NCBI RefSeq assembly: GCF_006345805.1
Contig: NC_043005.1
Location: 22,878,001 to 22,942,000, forward strand
DNA from: Octopus sinensis
Lineage: Eukaryota
Direction: 5' to 3'
DNA: 64,000 bases
The translations under genes were made by a program, and so were the position numbers. Positions within the stretch are counted from its first letter, which is position 1. Each line of letters begins with the position of its first letter. Below, one piece after another: positions 25,565-37,765 of this stretch. The notes beneath the pieces are model-generated. The model was not told the origin of the DNA. It saw only the letters and a program-made list of their open reading frames with translations, and ran no database searches.

Positions 25565-25663
25565 CACTCTGTCTGAGAGTTTACCCCAGAAAGGTGAAGC
25601 AATAGCATACGTCACAGATATTAGAAGAAACACAAGACCAACAAGTGAACCACTTAATGAGAA
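25565..25663 (-). CDS. SLC18B1: SLC18B1-like exon (copy 1)
   Basis: ttgtttcag| FSLSGSLVGLVFLLISVTYAIASPFWGKLSDRV |gtaagt; 99 nt; MFS G-x-L-S-D-R loop motif. Confidence 0.92.
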
Positions 25664-25914
25664 CTGAAACAAACAGAAGTACAGATATCAATGAATGTTG
25701 TGTGTGTGTGTGTGTGTGTGTGTTAGTAAGTAAAACCTTATACACATATATGTAGATCTCTAATACTTATTACTAATCTATGATTTTCATTCTGGGCTCT
25801 CATGGCCAAGAAAAAAAAAATATAAAGAAAATATTAAACTATCTATTAATTATATTTAGTATTTAGCCACTAAAGCTGCTTGCAGTAGATCTCCTTTGTT
25901 ATCGTTTGGTTTGG

Positions 25915-26700
25915 GTTTTGATGTGGACAACACTTTTCATATCCCACCAAGAGATAACAATACCTTACATGGGTGAAAACTTTTTTTAGCCTGGGGTGCC
26001 AGTGTTTTCTCCTTTCCTTACCCAATGTCTTCGGTGCTTGACATTTTTATAGAGAACCCATTTCTCATCACCAGTCACTATTCAGTCTAAAAAGGTTCAT
26101 TCTTGAGATGTGATAGCAAAGAAGAACATACATTCACTCTCTGCATGCGATTAACCTCAGAAAGTTTGAGGAACCTATTGACCCAATTTGCTTTCCAATG
26201 GCACGCTGATATCGATGACTGGTTGAATGAACAAATCAAAGCTTCTCTGCTAGTTCCTCAACAGTTATGATGAGATTTTGTTCCACCAGGGTTTGCAGGA
26301 TATTCTCTCGCTGAGCTCTACAGATCTTCTAAGATGAGGCTCATTGTGGAGGCTGTAGATTCCGGTTTGGAATTTCTGGAGCCACTGTTGACATTGGCTT
26401 ATGCTTACTGTCCAGTCCCCATATACTACATTAATATTCCTCACACTTTCCATTGTGTTGTTGCCTTTATTGAACTCATAAAGCAAACTATGCCAAAATG
26501 CTCCTTTGTCACTTCCATTATAGCTTTGAAAAAAATAACTGTTACAATTGATCTGCATTCTTCAAAACTTGCACATAAAAATAAGGTGAAGGTAAAATTA
26601 CAACCTGCTTTTATAGCCAGTTGATGCAGGTAGTTTATCCCATCCCTCTCTGGCTTTTAGTTCATGCAATTGAAAAACCCACATTATTTATGGAATGACC
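25915..26700 (-). mobile_element. Mariner fragment (third family), 5' half
   Basis: HSLLYEFNKG..QWLQKFQTG..SLHNEP, IVTGDEKWVLY, HPCKVLLSLWWD; TIR-like TA|GGTCATTCCATAAATAATG at the high end. Confidence 0.85.
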
Positions 26701-27267
26701 TATATATATATATTATATATATATATATATATAAACTTTTATAAGGAGATTTTGACAGTGACATCAAAGTTTTGATGGGTTATTATTTGCCTCAATAAAT
26801 TTCATCTAACCCATGCAAGCATGGAAAAATTGGATGTAAATCATTGCTAAATGCTACTGCAGATGATAGTGATATGAATGTAATTTTGTGTGTATGTGTG
26901 TGTCTGTGTATACCTAGTATTTTTTTCTTTTTTGAAAATATGAGAGAAAGTTAATGTAGTGAATTAAATCAAGATTCAAACACAGATTTAAGCTTAATGC
27001 TTAATATGTCTTAATAATTCTATTAAATATATATACTAACATATTTTATATATCTGTGATTTTATTTATGTCTATAGTGCATATTCTTGGATCTGAGTGT
27101 ATGTGTGTGTGTGCTAGCATGAGTTTGCTTGTTTGTGTTTCGATGTGCATGTTTTTATATGTGTGTGGTTTAGTTAGTACTTTGTCTAAATTTTGGCTTT
27201 TTAAAAGAAGTTAGTTTCAGACTATTTCAAGTTAATGTATCTGCTACAAATAGAAATACTTACTTAC

Positions 27268-27409
27268 CATACGTAAATGTGGTTCAAGTATTGGATCTAA
27301 GCCTGCCCAGACTGTTGATGACATGAAGATTACAAAACACATTACTAATAACATTGGAGACTTTAATAATGGCCTCATAATATTCTTCTTCTTCTGTCAA
27401 CTTTCCAGT
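27268..27409 (-). CDS. SLC18B1: SLC18B1-like exon (copy 1), frame problem at its 5' end as assembled
   Basis: ttgttttcag| ... KKKNIMRPLLKSPMLLVMCFVIFMSSTVWAGLDPILEPHLRM |gtaagt; 142 nt does not fit the phase of the previous exon. Confidence 0.8.
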
Positions 27410-27571
27410 CTGAAAACAACAAAAATGCAAAGTGATGACTTTATATATTACACACCTAAGACTATTCAATTTCCTTTGATATAAATTTAAATTGGAATAC
27501 AACCAAATACTAACTTAATTATAGAGAAGTTAGACATTTCTATAAATCTCTCTAATTCTTGATTATTTTAA

Positions 27572-27790
27572 CCCTTTAGTGTTTAAACTAACTCTGTCTG
27601 ACCCAAACAGCCTAACTGTACCATATTCAAAATAGCTAAATCTGGCCTCTTATCCCTACTTTACAACATCATTCTAAAAATAACAACCACATCATTGAAA
27701 TCTAGAAGCTAAGAGATAATACATTATTAATTTCAAAACAATGTGAATAAATAAGCATTAATTTAACAGAATAGTCTGAATGTTAAAGGG
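27572..27790. mobile_element. TTAA-flanked piggyBac-type MITE
   Basis: TTAA|CCCTTTAG...TTAAAGGG|TTAA. Confidence 0.75.
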
Positions 27791-28197
27791 TTAAAGCTTA
27801 CAACAGCCTTCATTGTGTTGGTAACATGGTAAAATGTACCCAGTATACCCTATAAGGTGGCTGGTGTAAGGAAAGGTATCCAGCCATGGAAACCATGCCA
27901 AAACAAAATATCAGTGAAGTGTGGCTCCCAGACATACCCCAAATAAGAACTAATTAGACTGTGACAACAGATGCAAAATGAGATGATGGTAATGAACACA
28001 TGTATTCATTTGAAACAATGTCAAGAATAGGTTAATTATGTGATCTACATTCATTTTTATATGTCAAAATGGGACAGGTTTATTTGTTGGAACAATTGCT
28101 TTTTTATTGTTTTTATTATTTCTTGTTTTCACATGATAATTTTCTGGATTTTACCTTTAGAGTCTAAATTTACAAAATTTATTTATTCTATGTTTAA

Positions 28198-29264
28198 CCC
28201 TTTCGTTACCAAACTGCCCAAAGCCGCCAAAAAAAAATTTTGGTTAATGTGACCAAACCGCCCAAACCCGCCCGTATTTACCTATTCATATTTAAATGAG
28301 AATATCAGAACAAATCTCTTTTGTACATTCATGAAAAGACATATTATACTTCATAAACAGTTCATCTACAGTTTTGTACAATAATCGAAGTGTAATTTTA
28401 ATTCCGTGAATTTTTGGGAGATTTTTTTTCCGAAATTTGTTCCTATTGTGTTTTCAAAATTTGTAATTCTGACAAAAAATGGATACGAATTTCATTATAT
28501 CAAGCAGCGAGTCAGAATTCGAAGGATTTTCTACTGAAGACCTTCATAAATCTAACTCTATGACTGAAAAAAAAAAGCATGTGGTATTTGACATGAATCT
28601 GATGTTTCATTTTCCGAAAGTGAAAAGTTTGAATCCAAGAGCTCCGACAGCGATAAAGAAAATGAATTGGCACCTGAATGGAGTGAAAATTTAAAAACTG
28701 TTTCTTTCGGTGATTTTTCTGAAGAAACTGGACCAAGCCACAGACTTTCCCAGGAGAGTAAAGCCTTAGACTATTTTTTTTCACTTTTTCGAATGAGCCT
28801 ATTTGAAATCATTACGGCAGAAACGAACCGTTACGCTAAATGTAAACAAAGCGAAAGAAAGGATAGTTAGTGGTTTCCCCATAACCTTAAATGAAAATAT
28901 TAATAAATGGGTATCAGAAAGTTACCCAGAATAACAATTCTATCATAAAATTTTGTTGTATACCCAATTGAATATTAGCTAATAACCTATTTTCTATAGT
29001 GATGTTTGAACAAAATTTTAATAATTTTATATTTTGTTGAATTTACCTGTATCTACCTGCAATTAGAGTCACTTTGTGACAAAATTATAGTATAGAATTG
29101 GTTTAGAACATTTCATTAAATTATCTTCCAAAAATCACATTAATATATTGATAAATAAAAAGTTATAGTTGTTTAATAAAACCAGACTAAATTTATGATT
29201 ATGTTAGAAATTAATTGAAACACTTAAGGGGTGTATTTTTGGTCAGAATATAGTAACGAAAGGG
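28198..29264 (+). mobile_element. Internally deleted piggyBac transposon
   Basis: TTAA|CCCTTTCGTTAC ... GTAACGAAAGGG|TTAA (perfect 12-bp TIR); remnant SSSESEFEGF..DYFFSLF..IITAETNRYA of the transposase N-terminus. Confidence 0.92.
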
Positions 29265-29626
29265 TTAAATTGATTCAGTTTCTTATCATCATAACATAAA
29301 CTCTTCAAATTGGGAATTTTGTTTATTTTTAAATGTAGAATGTTAATATTTTGCCCACTAAGTCACTGGATGAAATTTGATGCTGATTGAAATGTGTGTG
29401 GTATTTGTATATATAGGAAACAGCATATTCAAAACACATTTATATTCTAATATGATCTTTTTTATTAAAGCTTTCTCATATCTGCATATCAGACCCTTAT
29501 AGTTTCATTTGGGACAACACAAACCCCTAAGTTCATCTTTATTGCCAATGTTTCCAGACTAGCTCAACTTCATCATCAGGAGGTGCAGTAATTTTTAACT
29601 TTTGTGGTATATATATGTATATAAAA

Positions 29627-30170
29627 AATTAATAATATCAAAGGGTAATCTGGAATATTATAAATTTCCATTACCAGTGGCCTAGCATGTAAAAATTTAG
29701 TCAATAGACTATATATTATCATATAAATACAGTGTATATTTAAACACATACCTCTTATGTGTTTAAATGTACACTGTATTTATATGAATAATATATTGTA
29801 TATTGACTAAATTTTTACACGATAAGACACTGGTAATGGAAATTTGTAATATTCCAGATTACCTTTTGATACTATTAATTATTGATAATTTTCTGGATAA
29901 TTTTCGAAATGAAAAAGCTGGCATGTTTATTTACTGCCAACAGGTAGCTGCGCTTGTGCAGTAGATTTGAAAAATTAGAATGTATCAGCATGGGGCATAT
30001 ACTGGATTGCCTCGTGTATATATATTTAATCTAAGGTGCACCTGCTAAAGAAGGCTTCACCTAGCAAATTATTTTATTTGCTAAAAAAAATCTGAAACCA
30101 TTGGTCCAGGAGTTAGTGCAAGTAGTCCTATGATGGCTACCTCTTATGTGTTTAAATGTACACTGTATTT
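29627..30170 (+). mobile_element. Penelope/retrozyme-like unit with inverted 5' duplication and a decayed type I hammerhead
   Basis: Palindrome 29627-29880; 33-bp direct repeat at 29749 and 30138; cctg-CTAAAGA-stem-GAAA-CCATTG-GTC-cagg at 30041-30110. Confidence 0.6.
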
Positions 30171-30171
30171 T

Positions 30172-30203
<32 letters not shown>

Positions 30204-30670
30204 ATATATGATTATGTATGTATGCATGTATATATATGTGTGTGGCATGTTATATACACACATATATTGATGATGATATATATATATATATATATGATTA
30301 TGTATGTATGCATGTATATATATGTGTGTGTGTGCATGTTTATATACACACATATATATGATGATGATATATATATATATATATGCCATCATTATCATTT
30401 ATAACCACTTTCATGTTGGTATGCATTAGATGAGTCATCAGGTTCTAAGTTCTTATTCAGATTTACTTTCCTCCCGGACTTATCAGGGAAGAAACATCTT
30501 ACTCAATATTTTATTTTCACATGGTTTCTAGGACTGGATCTCTTCCAAATACTCACCACTTACAGAATGTAGTGGTGCATTTTACTGTCATACTAACACA
30601 AGAGGCTGTTATGTCTTCAACAAGACAATACAACAAGTACCTCCCACCCTCATGTTGTCTCTACTTAACA

Positions 30671-30716
<46 letters not shown>

Positions 30717-31081
30717 TGTGTTGTGTGTGTATGGCCAATGGCCATAATCAATGCAGCAAGCAAAAATACTTATGGTTCACCCATTTACATTTCTTAGATG
30801 AAATGAGATCAACAAATTTGTATCAGACAAAGTACCAGAGCCAAAAAATTGACATGAAAACCCCTTGTATGCAGTGCCCAAAATAGCCACTGTCTAATGA
30901 CTTTAAATTATTAATTCATGTCTATATCAAATATTTTCATTATTTCTGAAATCATTTATATAACAAAATGGATTTGGGAAATCTGGGATTTTTGTTTGTA
31001 ACACTTGGGACAATTTCAAAAGACTGAAAAATATTAGCACAATTCACAGAAAAAAGCCTGGTGAATATGTCCAGGTGTGGT

Positions 31082-31500
31082 TACATCATGACAGACTTTA
31101 CATTATAGCATGAGAGCACATCATTGATTAAGTCATTAATATCAATGAAAAAACTCTGACAAGCCAACTGATTGATGGAGCAAACAATTAGCTAAGAAAT
31201 CAATTACTTAATTCATTAAAGAGAGATATACCAAGTCTGAATACATCATGACAGAACTAGAACATGAGGCAAGCTGCTGATGAGGTGATAAATGGTAATG
31301 AAAGGACTCTGACAGACAAATGATTGACTGATCAAACAATTAGTCAAGCAATTGATTAGTTAATTAAGAGAGTATATCAGTTTGGATACATCATGAACAG
31401 GCCTGTAACAATGAGGGCACATCTTTGATGAGGTTGCAAATGACAATGAAAGCACTCTGAGAAACCAAGTCATTAAGTGACTGATTGATTAACTGATTGA
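31082..31500. repeat. Degenerate tandem repeat, three units of about 145-160 bp
   Basis: Units start TACATCATGA at about 31082, 31242 and 31387; each has AATGAAA..ACTCTGA and TGATTGA. Confidence 0.7.
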
Positions 31501-31618
31501 TTGATTGATCAGTTGGTTAGTTGGTTGGTTGTTGTTTGGTTGATTCATTCATTGACCAAACAATTAGTCTATTGACTGAACCAAAAAAAAAAATAAAGAA
31601 TAAAAGTGAAACACTGAC

Positions 31619-31708
31619 CTTTTCGTTTTGATAATATCCAAAGGTGAAAGGAACCACACACCAAAATATAGAACCAACAACAACAAATGGTAAGATGAAG
31701 CCTCCAAC
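31619..31708 (-). CDS. SLC18B1: SLC18B1-like exon (copy 1)
   Basis: taatcag| VGGFILPFVVVGSIFWCVVPFTF.. |gtcagt; GGFxLPF is the SLC18 motif after the central helix; possible 1-nt indel near its 3' end. Confidence 0.82.
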
Positions 31709-32089
31709 CTGATTATTTCCAATAGAAAATAGAAATCATATAAGAAAAGAATTATTGTTAATTCTATATTTGTTGGACAAATAAGAAAATGAAACATTCA
31801 AAGACCTTGTTAGAAATACACAGGGATTGTCCGTTTATTCTAACACACACACCACACACACACACACACACACACCTCACACACACCTTACAACAATACA
31901 CATATATATCTGCAAGGAAGTCTAAATTCAGTTTCCATTATACACTCAAGTTCATACATTTTGTGGAAGGGTATAATCAATTATACTGAACACAATATTT
32001 AATACGTACATTAATATATCAACCACAGAAAGTTAAACTAAGGCATTTACTCTAGTGATTCTACCAATTTTGTCTTATCATGTCTTGGG

Positions 32090-33100
32090 CCCTCAACTTT
32101 TGATAGAGTCATAGGGATGCTATCATGACAAATTGCACACCAGTTTTCTCTATGTGTCACAGTTGTATGCCAGAGCTCAAGTGTCTGCTAACAATTTGCC
32201 TGTCCATTCCTTGATGTTGTTTGTACATCATTTTGCCAGTTGGTTCCTTAAAAAATGGTTTTCATGAGTCTATTGGATTTCGTTAGATGGCCATATCATC
32301 TCAGCTTCTTCTTTTCTTCACCATTTTAAGAAGATCTTCAAGGAGGCTAATGCAATACTGAATGGTTTTGTGAAGTTTCCATTTACGATATGATTTAAGT
32401 ACAAAATGTTTAAGGTGTTGTGATAGCATCTCATTCACAATGCTTGTATCTTCCTCAGAATCTCTGCTGTGAGAATCTATGCCCTCAGTTGCATACAGAA
32501 AGATGGAAAATAGCAGTATACAACATACGGAGTCTGATTTTCTGGCAACGAGTGCAGTTTCACACAAGGCACCATTGGAGAGTGGTTCCATTTCACCATA
32601 GGTTTCCATTAAGCCTGAATCTTCTCTCCACCCACTTCAACATCTTCATGGAACTGATCATGAGCAATGTCCTTGAAAACCATATAGCAGAGTCAGTACT
32701 GGAGATGAGTACATCGAAAATCTAAGATTTATTGATAACATTGAGGGGCTGGCAGGAAGGGAAGAGGAAATGATTGAATTAGTCAGCCATCTTGATAGAA
32801 CTTCTGCCAAGAATGATATGGAAATCAGTGCTGCAGAAATACAAACTCATGACAAATACCAATGATTTCATCTCATCCAACTTCTCTGTACAAGGACAGA
32901 AACTAGAAACGGTGCAGCAGATTAAATATCTGGAAGCAATTATTAATGATAAAAGATTAAAACCTGAAATTCTCACAAGTGCCATACAGATAATAACTGC
33001 ACTAACAAAACTCATGGCAATGCAGAAAATTAAAAGATTGATATAAACAACAAAACCAGAGTTTTGGGTACACTGGTACTTCCATTAATACACGTGGTCT
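32090..33100. mobile_element. Old RTE/BovB-like RT fragments in both orientations
   Basis: + strand FNIFMELIM, LRFIDNIEGLAG, QKLETVQQIKYL (32590-33090); - strand LLFSIFLYATE and C-terminal remnants (32090-32560). Confidence 0.65.
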
Positions 33101-33159
33101 CATATACAGTTACACTACTTCCACCCTGGGCTATCAAAACATAGATGTGCCTCATTTCA

Positions 33160-34340
33160 GAAATTCGCAGAATTGTTAGAGCATCAGAAAAATAGCTATC
33201 TGTATTTCTTCCAATTCATATTATCCATCTCCCACCAAGGTCAACTTTGCCTTCATCCTTTCAGGGCTGATCATATAAAGTACCAATCATGTACAGGGAA
33301 CAATGTAATCAACTAACCCCAACCGAAAATTTGAAATGATTCTCCTTTTTGTAAGGCAGTGAGGTGGCAGAATCATTAACATGTTGGATAAAAATACTCA
33401 GCGGCATTTCTTTTGCCTTTACATTCCAAGTTCCATTACAACCTGAGGACAACTTTGCTTTTCATCCTTTTGAGAGTCAATAAGGACAAAGTACCAGTCA
33501 CGTATTGATCAAATAGCCCCACCACCTCTTAAAAATTGCTGTCCTTGTGGCAAAATTTGAAATTATTATGAGTGAACAGTGCATGCCATCAAAATGACAC
33601 TGGGGTAAAATATATGAAGCCCAGTATATACCCATCATGACTATCTGTCTGATAAGGGTACACCAGGCACAAGCATCACAACCATATGTACATGAAATGG
33701 TGATCTCATCTCAGGTTAACAGTACATGACATTATTATTATTATTATCATTATTATTATTATTATTATTATTAAGGCAGTGAGCTGGAAGAATCATTAGC
33801 ATGCTGGGCGAAATGCTTAGTGGTATTTCGTATGCCACTACTTCGAGTTCAAGATCTGCTGAGGTCGACTTTGCCTTCATCCTTTCAGAGTCAATGAAAT
33901 AAGTACCCAGTTATGCACTGGGGTCAATGTAATTGACTAGTCCTCTTCCCACCAAAAATTTCAAGGCCTTGTGCCTAGAGTAGAAATAATTATCATATTA
34001 TTATTATTATTAAGGCAGCAAGCCGGCAGAATCGTTAACATGCCAGACAAAATGCTTGGTGATATTTTGCCCATTGTTACCTTCTGAGTTCAAATTCTGC
34101 TGAGGTCTACTTTGCCTTTCCATCCTTCAGGGGTCGATAAAATAAGTACCCGTTTGAACACTGGGTCGGTGTAATCGACTCATCACCTCCCCCAAATTCC
34201 TGCCCTTGTGGCAAAATTTGAAACCATTATTTTTTTTTTTTCTGTCGGGTCAAACTTTGCTTTTCATCTTTTTGGGGTCAATGTAATCAATTCATCCCTC
34301 CCACAAAAACTGCTGCTCTTGTGGGAAAATTTTAAACTAT
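33160..34340 (+). mobile_element. Head-to-tail cluster of about five copies of the ~200-bp SINE
   Basis: Repeated AAGGCAG.GAGCTGGCAGAATC head and ACTTTGCCTT.CATCCTT core, separated by (ATT)n. Confidence 0.8.
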
Positions 34341-34495
34341 TATTGTTATTATTATATATACTAATTACACTACATCACCTGTATCATTCATAATTATCAT
34401 TTGAATCTTCATAATCTAAAATAATTTCATATAATGCTTCAACAATATGAATTATCTAGGTATTTGATCAGAAAACAAAAGAAATTAGTTATTAC

Positions 34496-34564
34496 ACTGT
34501 ATAAAGCTCCACCAAGTGCTGGTCCTACGGCAAGACCAATTCCTACAAACGTCTCTGTTATACC
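34496..34564 (-). CDS. SLC18B1: SLC18B1-like exon, most 5' exon visible (copy 1)
   Basis: ttacag| GITETFVGIGLAVGPALGGALYS |gtaata; 69 nt; MFS antiporter motif GxxxGPxxGG. Confidence 0.9.
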
Positions 34565-34571
34565 CTGTAAA

Positions 34572-34671
34572 NNNNNNNNNNNNNNNNNNNNNNNNNNNNN
34601 NNNNNNNNNNNNNNNNNNNNNNNNNNNNNNNNNNNNNNNNNNNNNNNNNNNNNNNNNNNNNNNNNNNNNNN
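34572..34671. other. Assembly gap (100 N)
   Basis: Seen directly; exactly 100 N is a typical placeholder for unknown gap size. Confidence 0.99.
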
Positions 34672-36830
34672 TAATAATTTAACATATAGCATAATAACAA
34701 CATAATAATCACATAATAATATAACAGCATAACGTATAGTAAAAACAGAGCAACTTATTAACAAAATTATAACAATATAAGATAATAATATAGTATAGTT
34801 GCTGTATAATTAGTACTTACAAATTAAACTCTACAGTTTATATTTAGCTCATTGGTTTCTGTGTACTTCTGATTGAATCTTGAAAGTTAGACAGGAGAGG
34901 AATAATCAACAGATAGTACCTTACTATCTTTATTGTTAGCTCCAAGTTGTCCCTGATCTGGCAGACAGACCTATGATTCCATAAATGTCCTTAACAGTGG
35001 TAAATGATATATTTTTAAATACAGTGGGGGAGTTTGCAACAGGAATGAATGCTCTTCAAGTTCACAAATCTGAAGATATCAATGAGATAGTAATTGTTCT
35101 CTGCTTCTAGGTTTTTACTTATTACAAACTGGTATCTCACAAATGTTCTCTTTCAAGGCATTATTACACTAAAATTCTTGATCACTTCTTTCTGCATGGT
35201 ACACAATAAATCATTAATTTATTGACAGAGATGTATTAGCCGTAGATGTTAATTTGGAAACTTTGGAAAGCAAGTGGTAGACTGATTAAAACAGAACATG
35301 TTATGTTTACTGCTTATGTAACATTAATGGTTTGTAATTCAGAAAGAATGACACTATGCACAGAATAATATATTATAGCTATGAAATAATTATATACATA
35401 AATGTATTCTGACACAGCTAGCCATTTATTTAAAATGGCAACTTTCATTGTAAATACCAGTTAAGTTTGTTTAATCAGCTGTAAATAATTATTAGAAAAC
35501 CCAGTAATATACTAATAATTATCTTTACAATAGATAATGGCTGTTCACTTCTTATTTCTTTATTTCCCACAAGGGGCTAAACATAGAGAGGACAAACAAG
35601 GAGAGACAAAGGGATTAAGTCGATTACACCGACCCCAGTGTATGACTAGTACTTAATTTATCGAACCCAGAAGGATGAAAGGCAAAGTCAACCTCAGCAG
35701 AATTTGCACTCAGAACATAACAGCAGACGAAATACAGCTAAGCATTTCACCTGGCATGCTAACGTTTATGCTAGCTCATTGCCTTTCGGTTTCTACTTAA
35801 TAAAGGAGTAAAGAATACATTACAAAACATTATCAATAACTGTAAAAAAGACACAAAAATAGATTACCTATACAGTGGTAACTGATCATGCAAGGGACAA
35901 TATTCACTAACCCGCACAAGTAGTTATAATAATGATTTTCACTATTGATACAAGTGAAACAATAACAGACCTCCATTACCAGGCATGACTATATGGTAAA
36001 AAAGATTGCTTCATTCTCAAGTAGTTTCAGGTTCAATTCCACAGCACAGAACTTTTGATAAATTTTAGCCTCAAATGCTTTGTGAGAGTAATTTGTTCAA
36101 TTAGACATCTCATCAAGCTCACCATGCGTGTATACATGTATCTTTGTGTATTTGTGTTTGTGTGAGTGTTTGTCACAGCACCAGTTATCAGAACCAGAGT
36201 TGTATAAGGAAAAGTGTAACTTAGTGAATGATTCAACAAATTTATATCAATGGTACACCTCAGACTAAAATAAATACCTATGTCCATGATATCGACTAAA
36301 ATCCTTCAAATTAGTACCTCAGCCTTGTCACAATCTAATTACTGAAGCCAGTAAAAGAATAAAATAATATCCTGTAACTATACCAACTTAAGAGAATGAT
36401 TTAAAGAGTATACACCGATATTAACTTTACTAACTCAGAAGGAATACTTTCTCCTTAGCCAATATTTCTTCCAACAAAATAGTAGGGAAATATCTGAAAA
36501 GAATCCAATCAAAACACAAAAGCAACATTTGGAAAACCAACATGTGGGAAATTGTATTTCACATAATGACAAAACACAAAACCATTCAAGTTCAATGATA
36601 AGATTGTACAAACATGTTTGGGATGACAAACACTGATCCTAGACAGAATAACCATACTAAAAACCTAGTATGATGTATCAATTCAGCTTTATAACATCTT
36701 ATTTAGAGGTTTACTCCTATGCAAACCAGAAGCAAGAAATTTCTACCACATGTCTGCTCAAAAGGTAGAAAGCAGCATCTGACAACAAAACTAAGCCATA
36801 CAAAAACAAAACTGAAGATATTAGTGACAA

Positions 36831-37608
36831 CTAGCAGTATCCCCCGGCGTTGCTCGGGTTTGTAAGGGAAATAACTATATAAGCATTTTTAGAGAGTTAC
36901 TTCCCTTATATAATAGCAAAAAAATGCATTAAAAATGGGAAAAAATTATGGTAAATTTTTTTTTAAATTGTAGACTCATCGTAGACGCGCGCTAATACCC
37001 AGAAGGGCTCGATATGAATTACGACTATAAGTTACCCACTTTTGGTTAAACTGCACCGCAAAATGTAGGAGTAGTTAGGAATCTAAATCGTAGGAGACAG
37101 ACACACAACTTCACTTTTATATATAACTAGCAGTATCGCCCGGTGTTGCTCGGGTTTGTAAGGGAAATAACTATATAAGCATTTTTAGAGAGTTACTTCC
37201 CTTATAGATGCCAATTCGGGCTTTCTTAGCCATTTCTGTTTTGGTGTCTTCAAGCCATGAAGTCATTGTTCTAAAAGAACGCTGGTCTCCTTGACAACGC
37301 TTTACGACGTTGATTTCCTTACACTCAGGGGGAGAAGCAAACAGGTGCAGGTGTGACCATGGACGCCGACTCCGCCGCCATCGACACACGAAAAATTATG
37401 CATTAAAATGGAATAAAAAATTATGTTAAATTATTTTTAAAATCGTAGACTCATCGTAGACGCGCGCTAATACTCAGACGGGCTTGATATGAATCACGAC
37501 TATAAGATACCCGAATTTGGTTAAACTGCACTGCAAAATGTGGGAGTAGTTAGGAATCTAAATCGAAGGGGACAGACACTCACACAACTACAGTTTTATA
37601 TATATAGA
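36831..37608 (-). mobile_element. Tandem dimer of non-autonomous Helitrons
   Basis: Reverse strand A|TCTATATATATAAAA start at 37608; each unit ends CCCGAGCAAC.CCGGG..ATACTGCTAG (CTAG at 37127-37130 and 36831-36834); last unit followed by T; no TSD. Confidence 0.88.
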
Positions 37609-37765
37609 TATAAAGATATTGCTGACTGCAGAGAATTTCTTTGAGATATCATTTCATAAGATATGATGTGGTAGACAGCAACTTTTAGTAAATATAAAAA
37701 AAACACAGTCAAACATATTGAAACAGATGGCTCAAAAGAACGTCGGTGGAACAGAAAAATAATAT

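Noticed and set aside
27284-27502. ORF containing TEEEEYYEAIIK
   Set aside because: Alternative frame over the transporter exon; the conserved peptide LDPILEPHL is in another frame
32090-33100. Twin-priming inversion of one RTE
   Set aside because: The two oppositely oriented pieces overlap in protein position but differ strongly in sequence, so two separate old insertions are more likely
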